Shown here: positions 1 through 11,269 of the stretch, piece by piece
Position numbering within the stretch: position 1 is the first letter of the stretch
Layout of the letters: every line of letters starts with the position of its first letter
Origin: Octopus sinensis
Taxonomy: Eukaryota
NCBI RefSeq assembly: GCF_006345805.1
Contig: NW_021837024.1
Coordinates: 1 to 36,200 of the forward strand
Reading direction: 5' to 3'
DNA length: 36,200 bases
Program-made: the position numbers and the translations under genes
Notes under the pieces: generated by a model
What the model was told of the DNA's origin: nothing
Seen by the model: only the letters and a program-made list of their open reading frames with translations
The model's database searches: none

Positions 1-147
1 GTAAGAAGCTTGCTTCCTAACCACATGGTTCAGAGTTCAGTCTCACTCCGTGGCACCTTGCTCTGCGATCATTTCATCATCTGACATGTGGCACATGGTC
101 CACCTGTATATATATATATATATGTGTGTGTGTATGTGTGTGTATGA

Positions 148-206
<59 letters not shown>

Positions 207-263
207 ATGTATATATATATATGTATAATATATATGTATATATATATTATATATATATGTATA

Positions 264-305
<42 letters not shown>

Positions 306-415
306 ATATATATATGTATGTATATAAATATATGTATGTATATATATATATGTATGTATATATATATTGTATGTATATATATATATATGTATGTATATAT
401 ATATATATATATATG

Positions 416-466
<51 letters not shown>

Positions 467-788
467 ATATATATATCTTGTACTATAGCCTCAGGCCAAC
501 CAAAGTCTAGTGAGTGGATTTGGTAGATGGAAACTGAAAGAATCCTGTCATATGTATCTTTGTGTGTATGTCTTTTGTGTCAGTGTTTGTCCCCCAAGCC
601 CTGCTTAACAACCAGTGTTGGTGTGTCTGCCTCCCCATAACTTAACGGTTCGGCAAAAGTGACTGATAGAATAATTACAAGACTTTAAAAAAAAAGTCCT
701 TGTGTTGATTTGTTTGACTGAAACTCTTCAATGTGGTGCCCCAGCATGGCCACAGTCAAATGACTGAAACAAGTAAAAGATAAAAGAG
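1..788 (+). mobile_element. SINE family A (tRNA-derived), 5' end cut by window edge, interrupted by a ~420-bp insertion
   Basis: B-box-like GAGTTCAGTCTC at 34-45; body 'tactatagcctcaggccaaccaaag...gaaactgaaagaa' resumes at ~481; tail 'ccagcatggccacagtcaaatgactgaaacaagtaaaagataaaag'. Same layout as the full copy at 17605-17982. Confidence 0.85.
108..478. repeat. Compound (TA)n/(TG)n microsatellite
   Basis: Directly visible dinucleotide array. Confidence 0.97.
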
Positions 789-834
789 ACATATATGCAC
801 ACACACACACATACACAAATATACATACATACAT

Positions 835-975
835 ACATTTATATCACAGGCTTCTACACAGTTTCCAGCTTACCATATTTACATACAAGGCATTGATCAG
901 CCCAGAACTTAGTGGAAAATACTTGCCCCAAAGGTACTGAAACTATGGTGTTGTAAAGTAAACTTCTTAAGCACC
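835..975 (-). mobile_element. Degenerate SINE A head fragment
   Basis: 'caggcttctacacagtttcc...caaggcattgatcagccc...aatacttgcccc' aligns by eye to the minus-strand A head. Confidence 0.6.
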
Positions 976-1029
976 TAACATCTAGATAGATAGAGAGACA
1001 GACAGACAGACGTACATGTGTGGTGTGTG

Positions 1030-1190
1030 AAGGTGCATGGCTAAGTGGTTAGGGTGTTGCACTTCCGATTGCGAGACCATGGGTTCGATTCCCAGACCGG
1101 CCATTGCATTGTGTTCTTGAGCAAAAGTACATCATCCAGGTCGCTCTGCGATCATTTCATCATCTGACATGTGGCACATGGTCCACCTGT
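1030..1190 (+). mobile_element. SINE family C (tRNA-derived head)
   Basis: A-box TGGCTAAGTGG 1038-1048, B-box GGTTCGATTCCC 1082-1093, then 'ttgtgttcttgagcaaa...gctctgcgatc...atctgac'. Homologous copy at 19855-20010 (-). Confidence 0.8.
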
Positions 1191-1217
1191 ATATATATAT
1201 GTGTGTATGTGTGTGTG

Positions 1218-1261
<44 letters not shown>

Positions 1262-1270
1262 ATGTATATA

Positions 1271-1307
<37 letters not shown>

Positions 1308-1314
1308 TCTATAT

Positions 1315-1555
1315 TTTACTTGTTTTAGTCATTAGATCATAGCCATGCTGGAGCACCACCTTGAAGAATTTTGGTTGAACAAATCGACCCCACACTTAGG
1401 TTTTTGTAAAGCCTGCCACTTATTCTATTATTGGTCTCTTTAACTGAACCTCTAGCTTACGAGGATGTAAACACACCAACACTGGTTGTCAAGCAGTGGT
1501 GGAGGTCAAAGTCAAACACAGACATAAACACAACCAGATAAACACACACACGAAG
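1315..1555 (-). mobile_element. SINE A 3' half
   Basis: 'tttacttgttttagtcatt...gccatgctggagcacc...aaatcgacccc...acaccaacactggttgtcaagc'. Confidence 0.8.
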
Positions 1556-1705
1556 GCCCAAACTTCTGATTTTTTTTTTTTACAGGGCTTAGAAAAACTG
1601 AAGGACCACTGCAATAAGTGTGTGAATCTGAGAGGGGAATATGTTCAACAAAATCCTCCAGTATTTTCTTTTATCGAAAGCCAGGAACTTTTCGACACAG
1701 CCTTG
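1550..1705 (+). pseudogene. Mariner transposase C-terminal fragment plus terminal-repeat remnant
   Basis: FFLQGLEKLKDHCNKCVNLRGEYVQ matches the mariner C-terminal pattern F..GI.KL..RW.KCV...GEY; followed by 'gccaggaacttttcgacacagccttg', resembling a mariner right end. Confidence 0.75.
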
Positions 1706-1734
1706 TGTGTGTGTGTTTGTGTATGTATGTGTGT

Positions 1735-1767
<33 letters not shown>

Positions 1768-1971
1768 TTCGTTCATTCAAATATGAGTTAAAATCAGTTC
1801 GAAGGAAATAGACAATATTGTATACACATACACAGGGTATGTTTTGCTAGTTCGTGGGTCGGCTGCGCTTTTGAGCGTGGTGCATGGAGAGAATGTATTC
1901 TCTTACGCCTATAAGCGCAGCCGACCCACGACTAGCAAAATACGTGCCTTTTGTATGCACGTTCGACATTG

Positions 1972-2001
<30 letters not shown>

Positions 2002-2002
<1 letters not shown>

Positions 2003-2135
2003 GGCTTCTTCCAGTTACCGTCTACCAAATCCGCTCACAAGGCTTTGGTCGGCCCAAGTATAAGACACTTGCTCCAGGTGTCACGCAGTGAGACTGAACC
2101 CAGAACCATGTGGTTTGGAAAGCAAACTTCTTATA
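2002..2135 (-). mobile_element. SINE A head half
   Basis: 'gggcttcttccagttaccgtctaccaaatcc...gactgaacccagaaccatgtgg'. Confidence 0.8.
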
Positions 2136-2599
2136 AAGATGTGTACACTTATTTCTAAACTGCTTAGAAGTGCGTCGTGGGTGTGAGTGCGCGCGCGCGC
2201 GTGTGTGTGTATGTATGTATGTGCGTCTGTAGAGTGCATTACCTCCGACGCTCATCTCTCAGTGGTGTCGTGACGTCGTCATGAAATAGTCTTGAGAGAC
2301 AGACATTAAAAAAGATACAAGTAAGAATGAAGAAGAAAAGATGTGAACTCACTTATTCCAGTACAAAACTGGTACTTTATTTATCGACCCCAAAAGGAGG
2401 AAAAGATACGTTGACTTCGACAGTATTTGAACACAGAGCGCAGAGATCCAAAACGAATAACACAAGGTTATTCATCCGACGTTTCATCGATCCAAAAGAT
2501 TGTGTATGCGCGCGCGTATTTGTGTGTCAATATATGTGTGTGTATGTATGTATACATTCATACATACATACAATATATATATACATACATACATACATA

Positions 2600-2855
2600 T
2601 TAGGTTGGTGCATAATTATTGCGGTTTTTTTTCAACGAACTCTCTTCAACAAAAACAATAACAATGCTCAACAAAAACATCTTTGAATGATGGTCTGACC
2701 GTCTGCCAAGCAAATAGGAAGGAAGCAGTAATTGAAGTAGATGGTGAATATGCTCCGGAATAATCATTTAAGATGTCTTTGTTACATGTTGTTATTGTTT
2801 TTTGTTGAATAAAGTTTATTGAAAAAAAAGCTGCAATAATCATGCACCAACCCAA
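2600..2855 (+). mobile_element. Non-autonomous mariner deletion derivative (MITE) with TA target duplication
   Basis: Ends TTAGGTTGGTGCATAATTATTGCGG / CTGCAATAATCATGCACCAACCCAA resemble Hsmar1/MADE1-type TIRs; TA at 2598-2599 and 2856-2857; interior retains frameshifted transposase C-terminus (...EAVIEVDGEYAPE*). Confidence 0.88.
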
Positions 2856-2862
2856 TATATAA

Positions 2863-2910
<48 letters not shown>

Positions 2911-2912
<2 letters not shown>

Positions 2913-3147
2913 CAACAATTGAGGAACGGCCACAATAGGCCGTTCGACCCACTAGAAAGAGCAGCCAGGACTCCAACCGCAAAAAGTAGTAATTCCGAAA
3001 TTTAAGGAAAATTTAAAAAAAACATTTACCCTATTTAATTTTTTAATTTTCCTTAAATTTCGGAATTACTACTATTTGCGGTTGGAGTCCTGGCTGCTCT
3101 TTCTAGTGGGTCGAACGGCCTATTGTGGCCGTTCCTCAATTGTTGTT
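2911..3147. repeat. Fold-back inverted repeat, 103-bp arms, 1 mismatch, 31-nt spacer
   Basis: 2911-3013 is the reverse complement of 3045-3147 except 2984/3074. Confidence 0.97.
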
Positions 3148-3242
3148 GAATTTATTTATAGTCTCTGACTATTTCCTCTTTCTCACTAGACCGCTGGTGG
3201 CAAAATAATTTCTATTGAATTTTTTGCTACCCTAAATTGATT

Positions 3243-3287
<45 letters not shown>

Positions 3288-3574
3288 GTATTTATATGTG
3301 TTTGTGTGTATTTATATGCATGTGAGAAGAAGAGTGCAAGCGCACGCGTGCGACCATATTGGTATAAATATAAATGGAACTGTCCGAGCTGAAAGTCACG
3401 CCCACGCTATCTACCCACGCATTTTTCCCCCTCTCTTCAACTATCTTTTATCATTGTGAAAAACGTCATTGAAACAACATCGTAACCGCCACCACCACCA
3501 CCATCATCATCATCGTCTTCACCGTTTTCATTCATCTCCGACCACCACCGTGACTAGTTCAGCCAGCGAAGAAA

Positions 3575-3720
3575 CCTTTGCGTATTCGTTCGACCCTCAA
3601 GAAATGACCACCAAATCACCTCCTCCGGCTGCACAACCACTCTTCTAAGAACAAGGGAACTCGTATCCGGCTATTTTTAGTATTGGAGATCCTATATCGA
3701 AAGAATATGTTGAATGGTTC
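3575..3720 (+). mobile_element. Degenerate family D repeat
   Basis: 'gttcgaccctcaagaaatgaccaccaaatcacctcc' is similar to the D head. Confidence 0.45.
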
Positions 3721-3724
3721 TCTT

Positions 3725-4085
3725 ATTCTTTTACTTGTTTCAGTCATTTGACTGTGGCCATGCTGGAGCACCTCCTTTAGTCGAACAAATCGATCCCAAG
3801 ACTTATTCTTTGTTATCCTAGTACATATTCTATCGGAGTCTTTTGCCGAACCGCTACGTTACGGGGACGTAAACACACCAACATCGGTTGTCAAGCGATG
3901 TTAGGGGACAAACACAGATACACAATTACACATACACACACACACATATATATATATATATACGACAGGCTTCTTTCAGTTTCCGTCTACAAGGCTATAG
4001 TAGAAGACACTTGCCCAAGGTGCCACGCAGTGGAACTGAACCTGGAACTATGTGGTTGGTAAGCAAGCTACTTACCGCCACTCCC
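3725..4085 (-). mobile_element. SINE A, near full length, internal (CA)/(TA) tract
   Basis: Tail at 3725; head 'ggaactgaacctggaactatgtggttggtaagcaagctacttacc'. Confidence 0.9.
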
Positions 4086-4169
4086 GGAACATGCTTTGAG
4101 TTGATAATAACAACAACAACATCAATTACTACGAATATTACTAACACTACGACTACTACTGTTGCTGCT

Positions 4170-4645
4170 GCTACTTATAATAATAGTTTCAAATTTTGGC
4201 ATAAGGATAGCAGCTTCAGGGGAGGGAGTAAGCCGTTTACATCGACCCCCAGTGCTCAACGGGTACTTAATTTATTCTAAAGGGCGGCGAGCTGGCAGAA
4301 TCGTTAGCACGCCGGACGAAATGCTTAGCAGTATTTCGTCCGCCGCTACGTTCTGTGTTCAAATTCTGCCAAGGTTGACTTTGCCTTTCATCCTTTCGGG
4401 GTCGATTAAATAAGTACCAGTTACGCACTGGGGTCGATGTAATCGAATTAATACCTAAGTCTGTCCTTGTTTGTCCCCTCTATGTTTAGCCCCTTGTGGG
4501 TAATAAAGAAATAGGTACTTAATTTATTCTAATCTACTCTAGACACAAGACCCGAAATTTGGGGGTGGGGTGCAGTCGATTAGATCAACCCCTGTACGCA
4601 ACTGGTACTTAATTTATCAACCCTGAAAGGACGAAGGGCAAAGTC
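4170..4645 (-). mobile_element. SINE B (tail-2 type) pieces, host of the nested insertion
   Basis: 'ttcaaattttggcataagg...acatcgacccccagtg...ggtacttaatttat' before and 'ctactctagacacaagacccgaaattt...ggtacttaatttatcaaccctgaaagg' after the nested copy. Confidence 0.7.
4281..4513 (+). mobile_element. SINE B full length with 19-bp flanking direct repeat
   Basis: Head GGCGGCGAGCTGGCAGAATCGTTAG, B-box GTTCAAATTC, central GCCTTTCATCCTTTCGGGGTCGATTAAATAAGTACCAG (from memory resembles the MetaSINE/Sauria-type central domain); GGTACTTAATTTATTCTAA at 4262-4280 and 4514-4532. Confidence 0.9.
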
Positions 4646-4689
4646 TGCGCAGTAGTTGTTGATAGTGGATCTTTTACTCATCAAAAGCC

Positions 4690-6109
4690 GTCTCTTACCG
4701 GTCAGACAATAATGAATTGTAGTTATGTTCGACCCTGTCAAAACCTTTAGCTTAATCTACCAAAGCCAGATTTACTATCAACTATTGATATACTAATCGA
4801 ATAGAGTGACTAGATCTGTTGGAAATCGCACAGGTTTGGAGTAGTATGCAGGACAAATTCCAAGATTTTTACCAGCACTCTAACCAGACTCGATGATTTT
4901 CCCCCTCGCACATCCATCTTCTGTAATACAGTTGCCGTTACCAGCTTTTCACAGCACATCACTCTTTCTAGCGAGAATCGCAGATGATTGTCGAGGTAGT
5001 CCACCATCTCCAGTCAAAGCTTCATATGCGTTGTTGCATAAAGATCCACTGAAAAACGTACGCTTCTGCTTGAAATTGGATAGGACGTTCCTATCGTGGT
5101 CCGTCGAAAACCAGACTGCTGATTTATTGCCAGGTCGCGCCTCAACAGGGCTGTTAAATGACTTGTACTCACTCGTATCTTGGAAGATATGCCTTATCTC
5201 AAACAACATAAACATCATATTTCGCAACAAAGAAGTAGGGCGTTATTTTGCCTTTAACATGTCAAAGGCAAATCCTTTCATAATACTCTCTTCGAATCTA
5301 CCTACTAAAATTGCACCCTAGATAAGGATTTTCTCTCACTATACCATTGCTATGATTAAAGGACTCTCCTCTGATTTGTCTCTTTAATGAGACCACCACA
5401 AGTTGTCGAAGATTGTCCTGACGACTGCTGCCAGACTAATCCAGTCCCTGTAAATTATTCCATTTGGGACCGATGCATTCAGCTTTCAGTAATCGGCTTC
5501 TCAACTTTGTCTTATCTAGGCTTATCCTGCAGATCACAAACTTGTGGGATTAACTACTCGAAACCGCGGACATCCCATGATACTCTTTCTTATTCGCTAA
5601 CTTATAAAAAAAAAAAAAAGACTAGGTCCGATCTTGAGGTTCAGATGCGTCTTCTCCGAACTGACATTGGCACATTCGGGAAATCTAAGCAGTATATATC
5701 AAACAGTTGGCCACTGTCTTCGCAGGTTTGTGAGTCTTTTACACACTCCTCCCATTCTTAAAATGTCATTTCAGTATCCTACTAACACCAGTAAGGGGGA
5801 TGTTTCCAGACGTTTGAAGTAGTCGGGATGGCCAGTCTCAGCCGGAGCATAAACGGTCGTTAGTCTGCAGATCCTGCTTTCACTACAGTTCAAGTAGTGA
5901 TCCAGACCCAAGGACATCGTTGAACTAACCTCCAGATCCGGACTTTTCCGAATCAACGCCAACGTCCCCAAATCCTTCCAGCCGTCTGAATGATATATAA
6001 ATTTTTCAGGCGCCCATAAAGAGCGCGAGTGTGCCGCGACCCAAGAATTACTAATGACGTCTACGTCTACCCTGACGTCAACGACGGTACGTCTAACTAG
6101 TTGTTCCAC
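4690..6109 (-). pseudogene. Decayed L1/Tx1-clade LINE ORF2 (AP endonuclease to first RT motifs)
   Basis: Minus-strand translations in order: RLTTVYAP...DYFKRLETSPLLVLVGY* (APE VYAP / LVGDWN), YCLDFPNVPM...SRSDLVF (SxLD), DY*KLNAS (GYWKLN linker), NLWWSH, GDGGLP (GxDGLP), LVRVLVKIL, VD*AKGFDRVEH at 4725-4760 (RT DxxKAFDRV). Many stops and frameshifts. Confidence 0.85.
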
Positions 6110-6117
6110 CTGATAAA

Positions 6118-6210
6118 AAGAACAGTCCCAAATCGCCCTTAAATCGAATACCTTGTGTCATAAGCAAGGTAGTGCTAGCTATGGAATGATCACGGCTAGA
6201 ATATCATCCA
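6118..6210 (+). mobile_element. Family D fragment
   Basis: 'ccaaatcgcccttaaatc...gatcacggctagaata' matches the D body (reverse complement of 'cattctagccgtgaccatc'). Confidence 0.5.
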
Positions 6211-6509
6211 TCATTCGGGAAATCTAAGCAGTATATATCAATCTCGATCGAGATTGCCACGTGGTTAAACAAAAACATGTATTCTCTTGCTTTTGTTTCT
6301 CATTTTTGTGATGTTTTTTTTTTTTTTTTGTGAGGGAGGAGTTTGTTGCTTCGTTTCCCAAGTTGTCATGCTTTGTTGTATTAACAATAATTTCTTGTCC
6401 ATATTTTTTATTCTATTTTTTAAGAAGGCATTTTACTTAACCCACAGAAGTGAAAAGCGAAGTAATTCCAGGCAGAATTGGAACTCTGAACATTGATTCT
6501 AACATTTGG

Positions 6510-6533
6510 ATAATAATAATAATAATAATAATA

Positions 6534-6567
<34 letters not shown>

Positions 6568-6568
6568 T
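6510..6568. repeat. (AAT)n microsatellite
   Basis: Directly visible. Confidence 0.97.
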
Positions 6569-6569
6569 G

Positions 6570-6765
6570 TTTCCAATACATGTACAAGGTCAGAAATTTC
6601 GGAGAAGAAGTCGATCAGTTAAATATTTGACTGGTATTGTATTTTACCGACTCGAAAAGGAAGGTACAGTCGATTATTTCGACCCAAGTATACTTAGCTG
6701 GTATTTGATTTAATCGATTCTGAAAGGATGAAATACTAAGCCGAACCTAGGTTGGATTTGAGCGC
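6570..6765 (-). mobile_element. Degenerate SINE B fragments
   Basis: 'caaggtcagaaatttc...tcgacccaag...ctggtatttgatttaatcgattctgaaaggatgaaa'. Confidence 0.6.
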
Positions 6766-7004
6766 TGGATGTAAAAAAAAAAAACGGACTAAACGACCTA
6801 AAAAGATTGTTGTCCCATGCTTGACGGGTTCTTCCAATCCACAGTCCGTGTTGTGATAATCGTAAGAAAAACTGCAATGGCAGCAACGAGTGACAATACA
6901 ACCACCACCACCAACAGCAACAGGTACAAGCATTATATACACCGTGACTGAGAAAGGCGCGGTTTTGACGTCATCCAACACATATTCCCTCTCTGTCTGT
7001 CTGA

Positions 7005-7050
<46 letters not shown>

Positions 7051-7346
7051 GTATATGTATATCTCGCGTCATATCAATATGCATTTATTCAATCAGTTCC
7101 ATTTGTAGTTTCCATGACAACGAAACTGTGTACGTGCTGTTGTATATATATATATATATATAAAGGTGTGCGAGAGAGAGAGAGGGGTGATGGTGACAGT
7201 GAAAAAGAAGTGGAGAGAGAGAAAGAAACAGACAGACAGAGAAACGACTGTTAAGAGACATTGACAAAGAAAGAGAGAATTAAAGACAGAAAAACGAGAA
7301 AGAGAAAGAGAGAGTTGAGAAGGGAAAATATGAAATAAAGTATAAG

Positions 7347-8136
<790 letters not shown>

Positions 8137-8181
8137 GCCAGAGAGCAATAAAGCATGACGAAGGAATTAAGGGCGAACTGT

Positions 8182-8292
8182 GAAACGGAGGTAAAGAATA
8201 CGCAAACCACCCGTTTTCGGCGTCACCTTAACCCTGAACCCTAAACCTACCCCTAACCCTAATCACCGAGTGTGCGTGTTGTTTACCTTCGC
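8182..8292. mobile_element. Small TIR element with telomere-like core
   Basis: Inverted repeats 8186-8207 / 8270-8291 (18/22 match); CGAACTGT at 8174-8181 and 8293-8300; degenerate CCCTAA units 8226-8262. Confidence 0.6.
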
Positions 8293-8314
8293 CGAACTGT
8301 TGTTTATCACAAGC

Positions 8315-8490
8315 GTACTTAGAGTCAAAGACATTCTAGCCGTGACCATCTCATCTTTTGTGTGTGGTGCGGGGGACTAGATGTGTAGTATCTAATGTGT
8401 CTTCCGTTTTTTTAAGACGGTAGACCGTAATTTGGAGGAGATTTGACATCTTTTTCTAGCAAATAATGCAAACATTCGAAGACTCCATGA
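8315..8490 (-). mobile_element. Family D repeat
   Basis: 'gtcaaagacattctagccgtgaccatc...ttttaagacggtag...ggaggagatttg...tttctagc'. Confidence 0.65.
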
Positions 8491-9179
8491 GAAAGTGGTA
8501 AAGGGGATATAGTGTGTGTGTGTGTGTTTGTGTTTGTGTATTTGTGTGTGTGTGCGTATGTTTGTTTGCGTGTGTGTGTGTGTGTTAGTGATACAAAATG
8601 AACTCAGAATAGAGGACTGACTGGAAGAGAGCGAGGAAGAGTGAGTAATATCGTGTGAGTGAAAGACAGAGAGAGAGAGAGAGAGAGATGTGTGTGTAGG
8701 CGTTTAGATATGGAAAAATAGAAAAAGAAAGAGCTGCGTTTAGGGTGAAGAGAAAAAGAGGGGAGAGTAAATTATGGTGAGAGAGAGAGAGATGAGTAGG
8801 GGTTTATAGAGGGTGAGTTATAGTTGTGGGCAGAAGGGAGAGTAAATGATAGTAAGAGAGAGAGGTGGAGTGTAGAGATGGAGAGAGATGGTGGAAGCTA
8901 TAAAGATCTGTATCGGATGGGAAATGAAAAATGATGACAGGACGTGGGAGGAGAACGATGAGTGACGAAGGAGGAGGTAATGTACCAGAAGAGGAGGAGG
9001 TGGTAGGATGAAAAGATGAGTGTGGTGGTGATGATGATGAGCGGGGAGAAGGGGAAGGAGAAAAGGACCGATGATGCGAAAGAAACCGAGGGGTTGGTGA
9101 TAGGGAAATCGAAGGAGAAACAGTGAGGAGAAGAGGAGGAAGCAAAGACAGTTTATGAATATGTAGAGAGAAATAAAAC

Positions 9180-9181
9180 GA

Positions 9182-9230
<49 letters not shown>

Positions 9231-9285
9231 GATAGATAGATAGATAGATAGACAGACAGAGATAGATAGATAGATAGACAGACAG

Positions 9286-9344
<59 letters not shown>

Positions 9345-9347
9345 CAG

Positions 9348-9378
<31 letters not shown>

Positions 9379-9380
9379 CA
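9180..9380. repeat. (GATA)n/(GACA)n compound microsatellite
   Basis: Directly visible. Confidence 0.97.
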
Positions 9381-9647
9381 AAGGGGAGAGATGATGAGGA
9401 AGACAGTAAATGAAAAAGGTGCGTATTGATGAGAGTGAGAGAAAGAAATAGAGTGAAAGATTGTGAGGAAAAGAGCGAAGTGGGAGTAGCATGTAACAGA
9501 TAATGGATAACTAAGAATCGATATTAGTAAACAGGTTCGTCGAAGACGTACAGTCGGCGTTGTTTGGTAGATTTTGACTGCTGCAATTACTATCTTTTCC
9601 ATAACACACTGTCGTGCTCCTTGGAGAAGTGAGTAGTATTATTACAC

Positions 9648-9681
<34 letters not shown>

Positions 9682-10074
9682 ACTCTCTCTCTCTCTCTGT
9701 CTCTCTCTCTTTCTTTTTCTCCCTCCACTGGTTGCACACAACACGCAACAAACATACCTGCTATTTCTTTGAAGTTCCTACGAAGATAAGGTAGGACTAA
9801 ACGTATGTTGACGTCTGTCGGGTTTTTTTAAAAACACTTTCACTCGTAAAATATCACTATATAAGAGGAGCGTGCCGTCGGAAGGGTTAGTAAACCTTTT
9901 GTTATTTTCCTTTTCTTTTCCTTTTTTTTTTCCTCATTTTTTTTTTTTCTTCTTTCGTGTGTGTGTGTAAACCCGTACACAATTTATAGACTGTTTTTGT
10001 GATGTTCCACTCATGTCTACCCCTGTGGAAAACAAAAAAACACCATTATTATTATCAATTATGAACATGTTGCT

Positions 10075-10320
10075 ATTCGTTGTTTTGTATAAGCGCGCGT
10101 CAGCTCTGATCCATCTATGACCAAAACCGTTCCAGCTGTGACCATACGTCTTATTTTTTTCATTCTTATTTTTAATGTATCCCTAAAAGAAATACTGTAT
10201 TTGTGAGTACAATATCGAATATTCCATTCTTATATTTAAGATAGTTTGGTCTTATTTGAGGGAGTTTCCTGCTGCTGCTTCTAGCACGTTCAACAATCAT
10301 GTAGTCTCCTCTCTCCGTGT
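10075..10320 (-). mobile_element. Family D repeat
   Basis: 'ctatgaccaaaaccgttccagctgtgaccat...ttgagggagtttcctgctgctgcttctagcacg'. Confidence 0.65.
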
Positions 10321-10430
10321 TGTGTATTTACATATAATTTGTATATGTACACGCATAGATACACATATGACACAAACTCACATACATACATACATACATA
10401 CATACATACATACATACATACATACATGTG

Positions 10431-10475
<45 letters not shown>

Positions 10476-10477
10476 TC

Positions 10478-10897
10478 TTTTACTCTTTTACTTATTTCAG
10501 TCATTTGACTGTGGCCATGCTGGAGCACCGCCTTTAAAAAATATCACATGGCAGCGGTGGGATATATATATATATATATTACTCTTTTTTTTTTACTCTC
10601 TTACTTGTTTCAGTCATTTGACTGCGGCCATGCTGGAGCACCACCTTTAGTCGAGCAAATCGACCCCAGGACTTATTCTTTGGAAGCCTAGTACATATTC
10701 TATCGGTCTCTTTTGCCGATCCGCGATGTTGGGGGGGGGGACAAACAAAGACACAAACATATACACACACATACATATATACACACATATATATACGACG
10801 GGCTTCTTTCAGTTTCCGTCTACCAAATCCACTAACAAGGTTTTGGTCGACCCGAGGCTATAGTAGAAGACACTTGCCCAAGGTGCCACGCAGTGGG
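10478..10897 (-). mobile_element. SINE A with duplicated 3' end (10478-10535 and from ~10590)
   Basis: 'tttactc.tttact..tttcagtcatttgactg.ggccatgctggagcacc.ccttta' occurs twice; second copy runs to 'gtgccacgcagtggga'. Confidence 0.85.
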
Positions 10898-10923
10898 AAT
10901 ATATATATATCTATATATATATA

Positions 10924-10977
<54 letters not shown>

Positions 10978-11019
10978 ATGTGTATGTATGTATGTATGTA
11001 TGTATGTATGGGGTTGGTT

Positions 11020-11240
11020 TCTGTTTAGTCGCAGTTGCGCTCTAATCGGGCATATTTTACCTATGCTCAAAGACATTTCTACCGTGACCATCCATCATTT
11101 CTTTTAAGACAGGGTGGCTATCTCTGATGTGTTATCCAACGTGTTTTTGTTCTATAAAAGGCAGTGGGTTGATAATTAGAGTGAGATTTGGCTGCTATTT
11201 CTAACAGGTTGAACGACCGTGAAGAGGTCGCTCCTATGCC
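11020..11240 (-). mobile_element. Family D repeat
   Basis: 'ctcaaagacatttctaccgtgaccatcc...gagatttggctgctatttctaacaggttgaacgacc'. Confidence 0.7.
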
Positions 11241-11269
11241 TATCATTATTGTAATCACAAATACTACAA

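Noticed and set aside
50-526. Long IY/YI/VC-rich ORFs here and throughout (also LSIY, THTH, RERE types, e.g. 8818-9492, 18269-18589, 31369-31649)
   Set aside because: Translations of di- and tetranucleotide microsatellites, which lack stops in some frames.
1030-1105. tRNA gene (perfect A and B boxes)
   Set aside because: No acceptor-stem pairing or cloverleaf; continues into a body shared with 19855-20010, so a SINE head.
4660-4760. Penelope GIY-YIG C-terminus (KRRLLMSKRSTINN)
   Set aside because: Another frame gives a much better RT match (D*AKGFDRVEH) collinear with the Tx1 relic.
5545-5585. SWDVRG read as LINE endonuclease start motif (SWNVRG)
   Set aside because: Lies downstream of the real APE motifs and in a different frame from the linker match; coincidence.
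8804-9492. Pro/Ser/His-rich ORFs on minus strand
   Set aside because: Product of the purine-skewed low-complexity tract; no domain signal.
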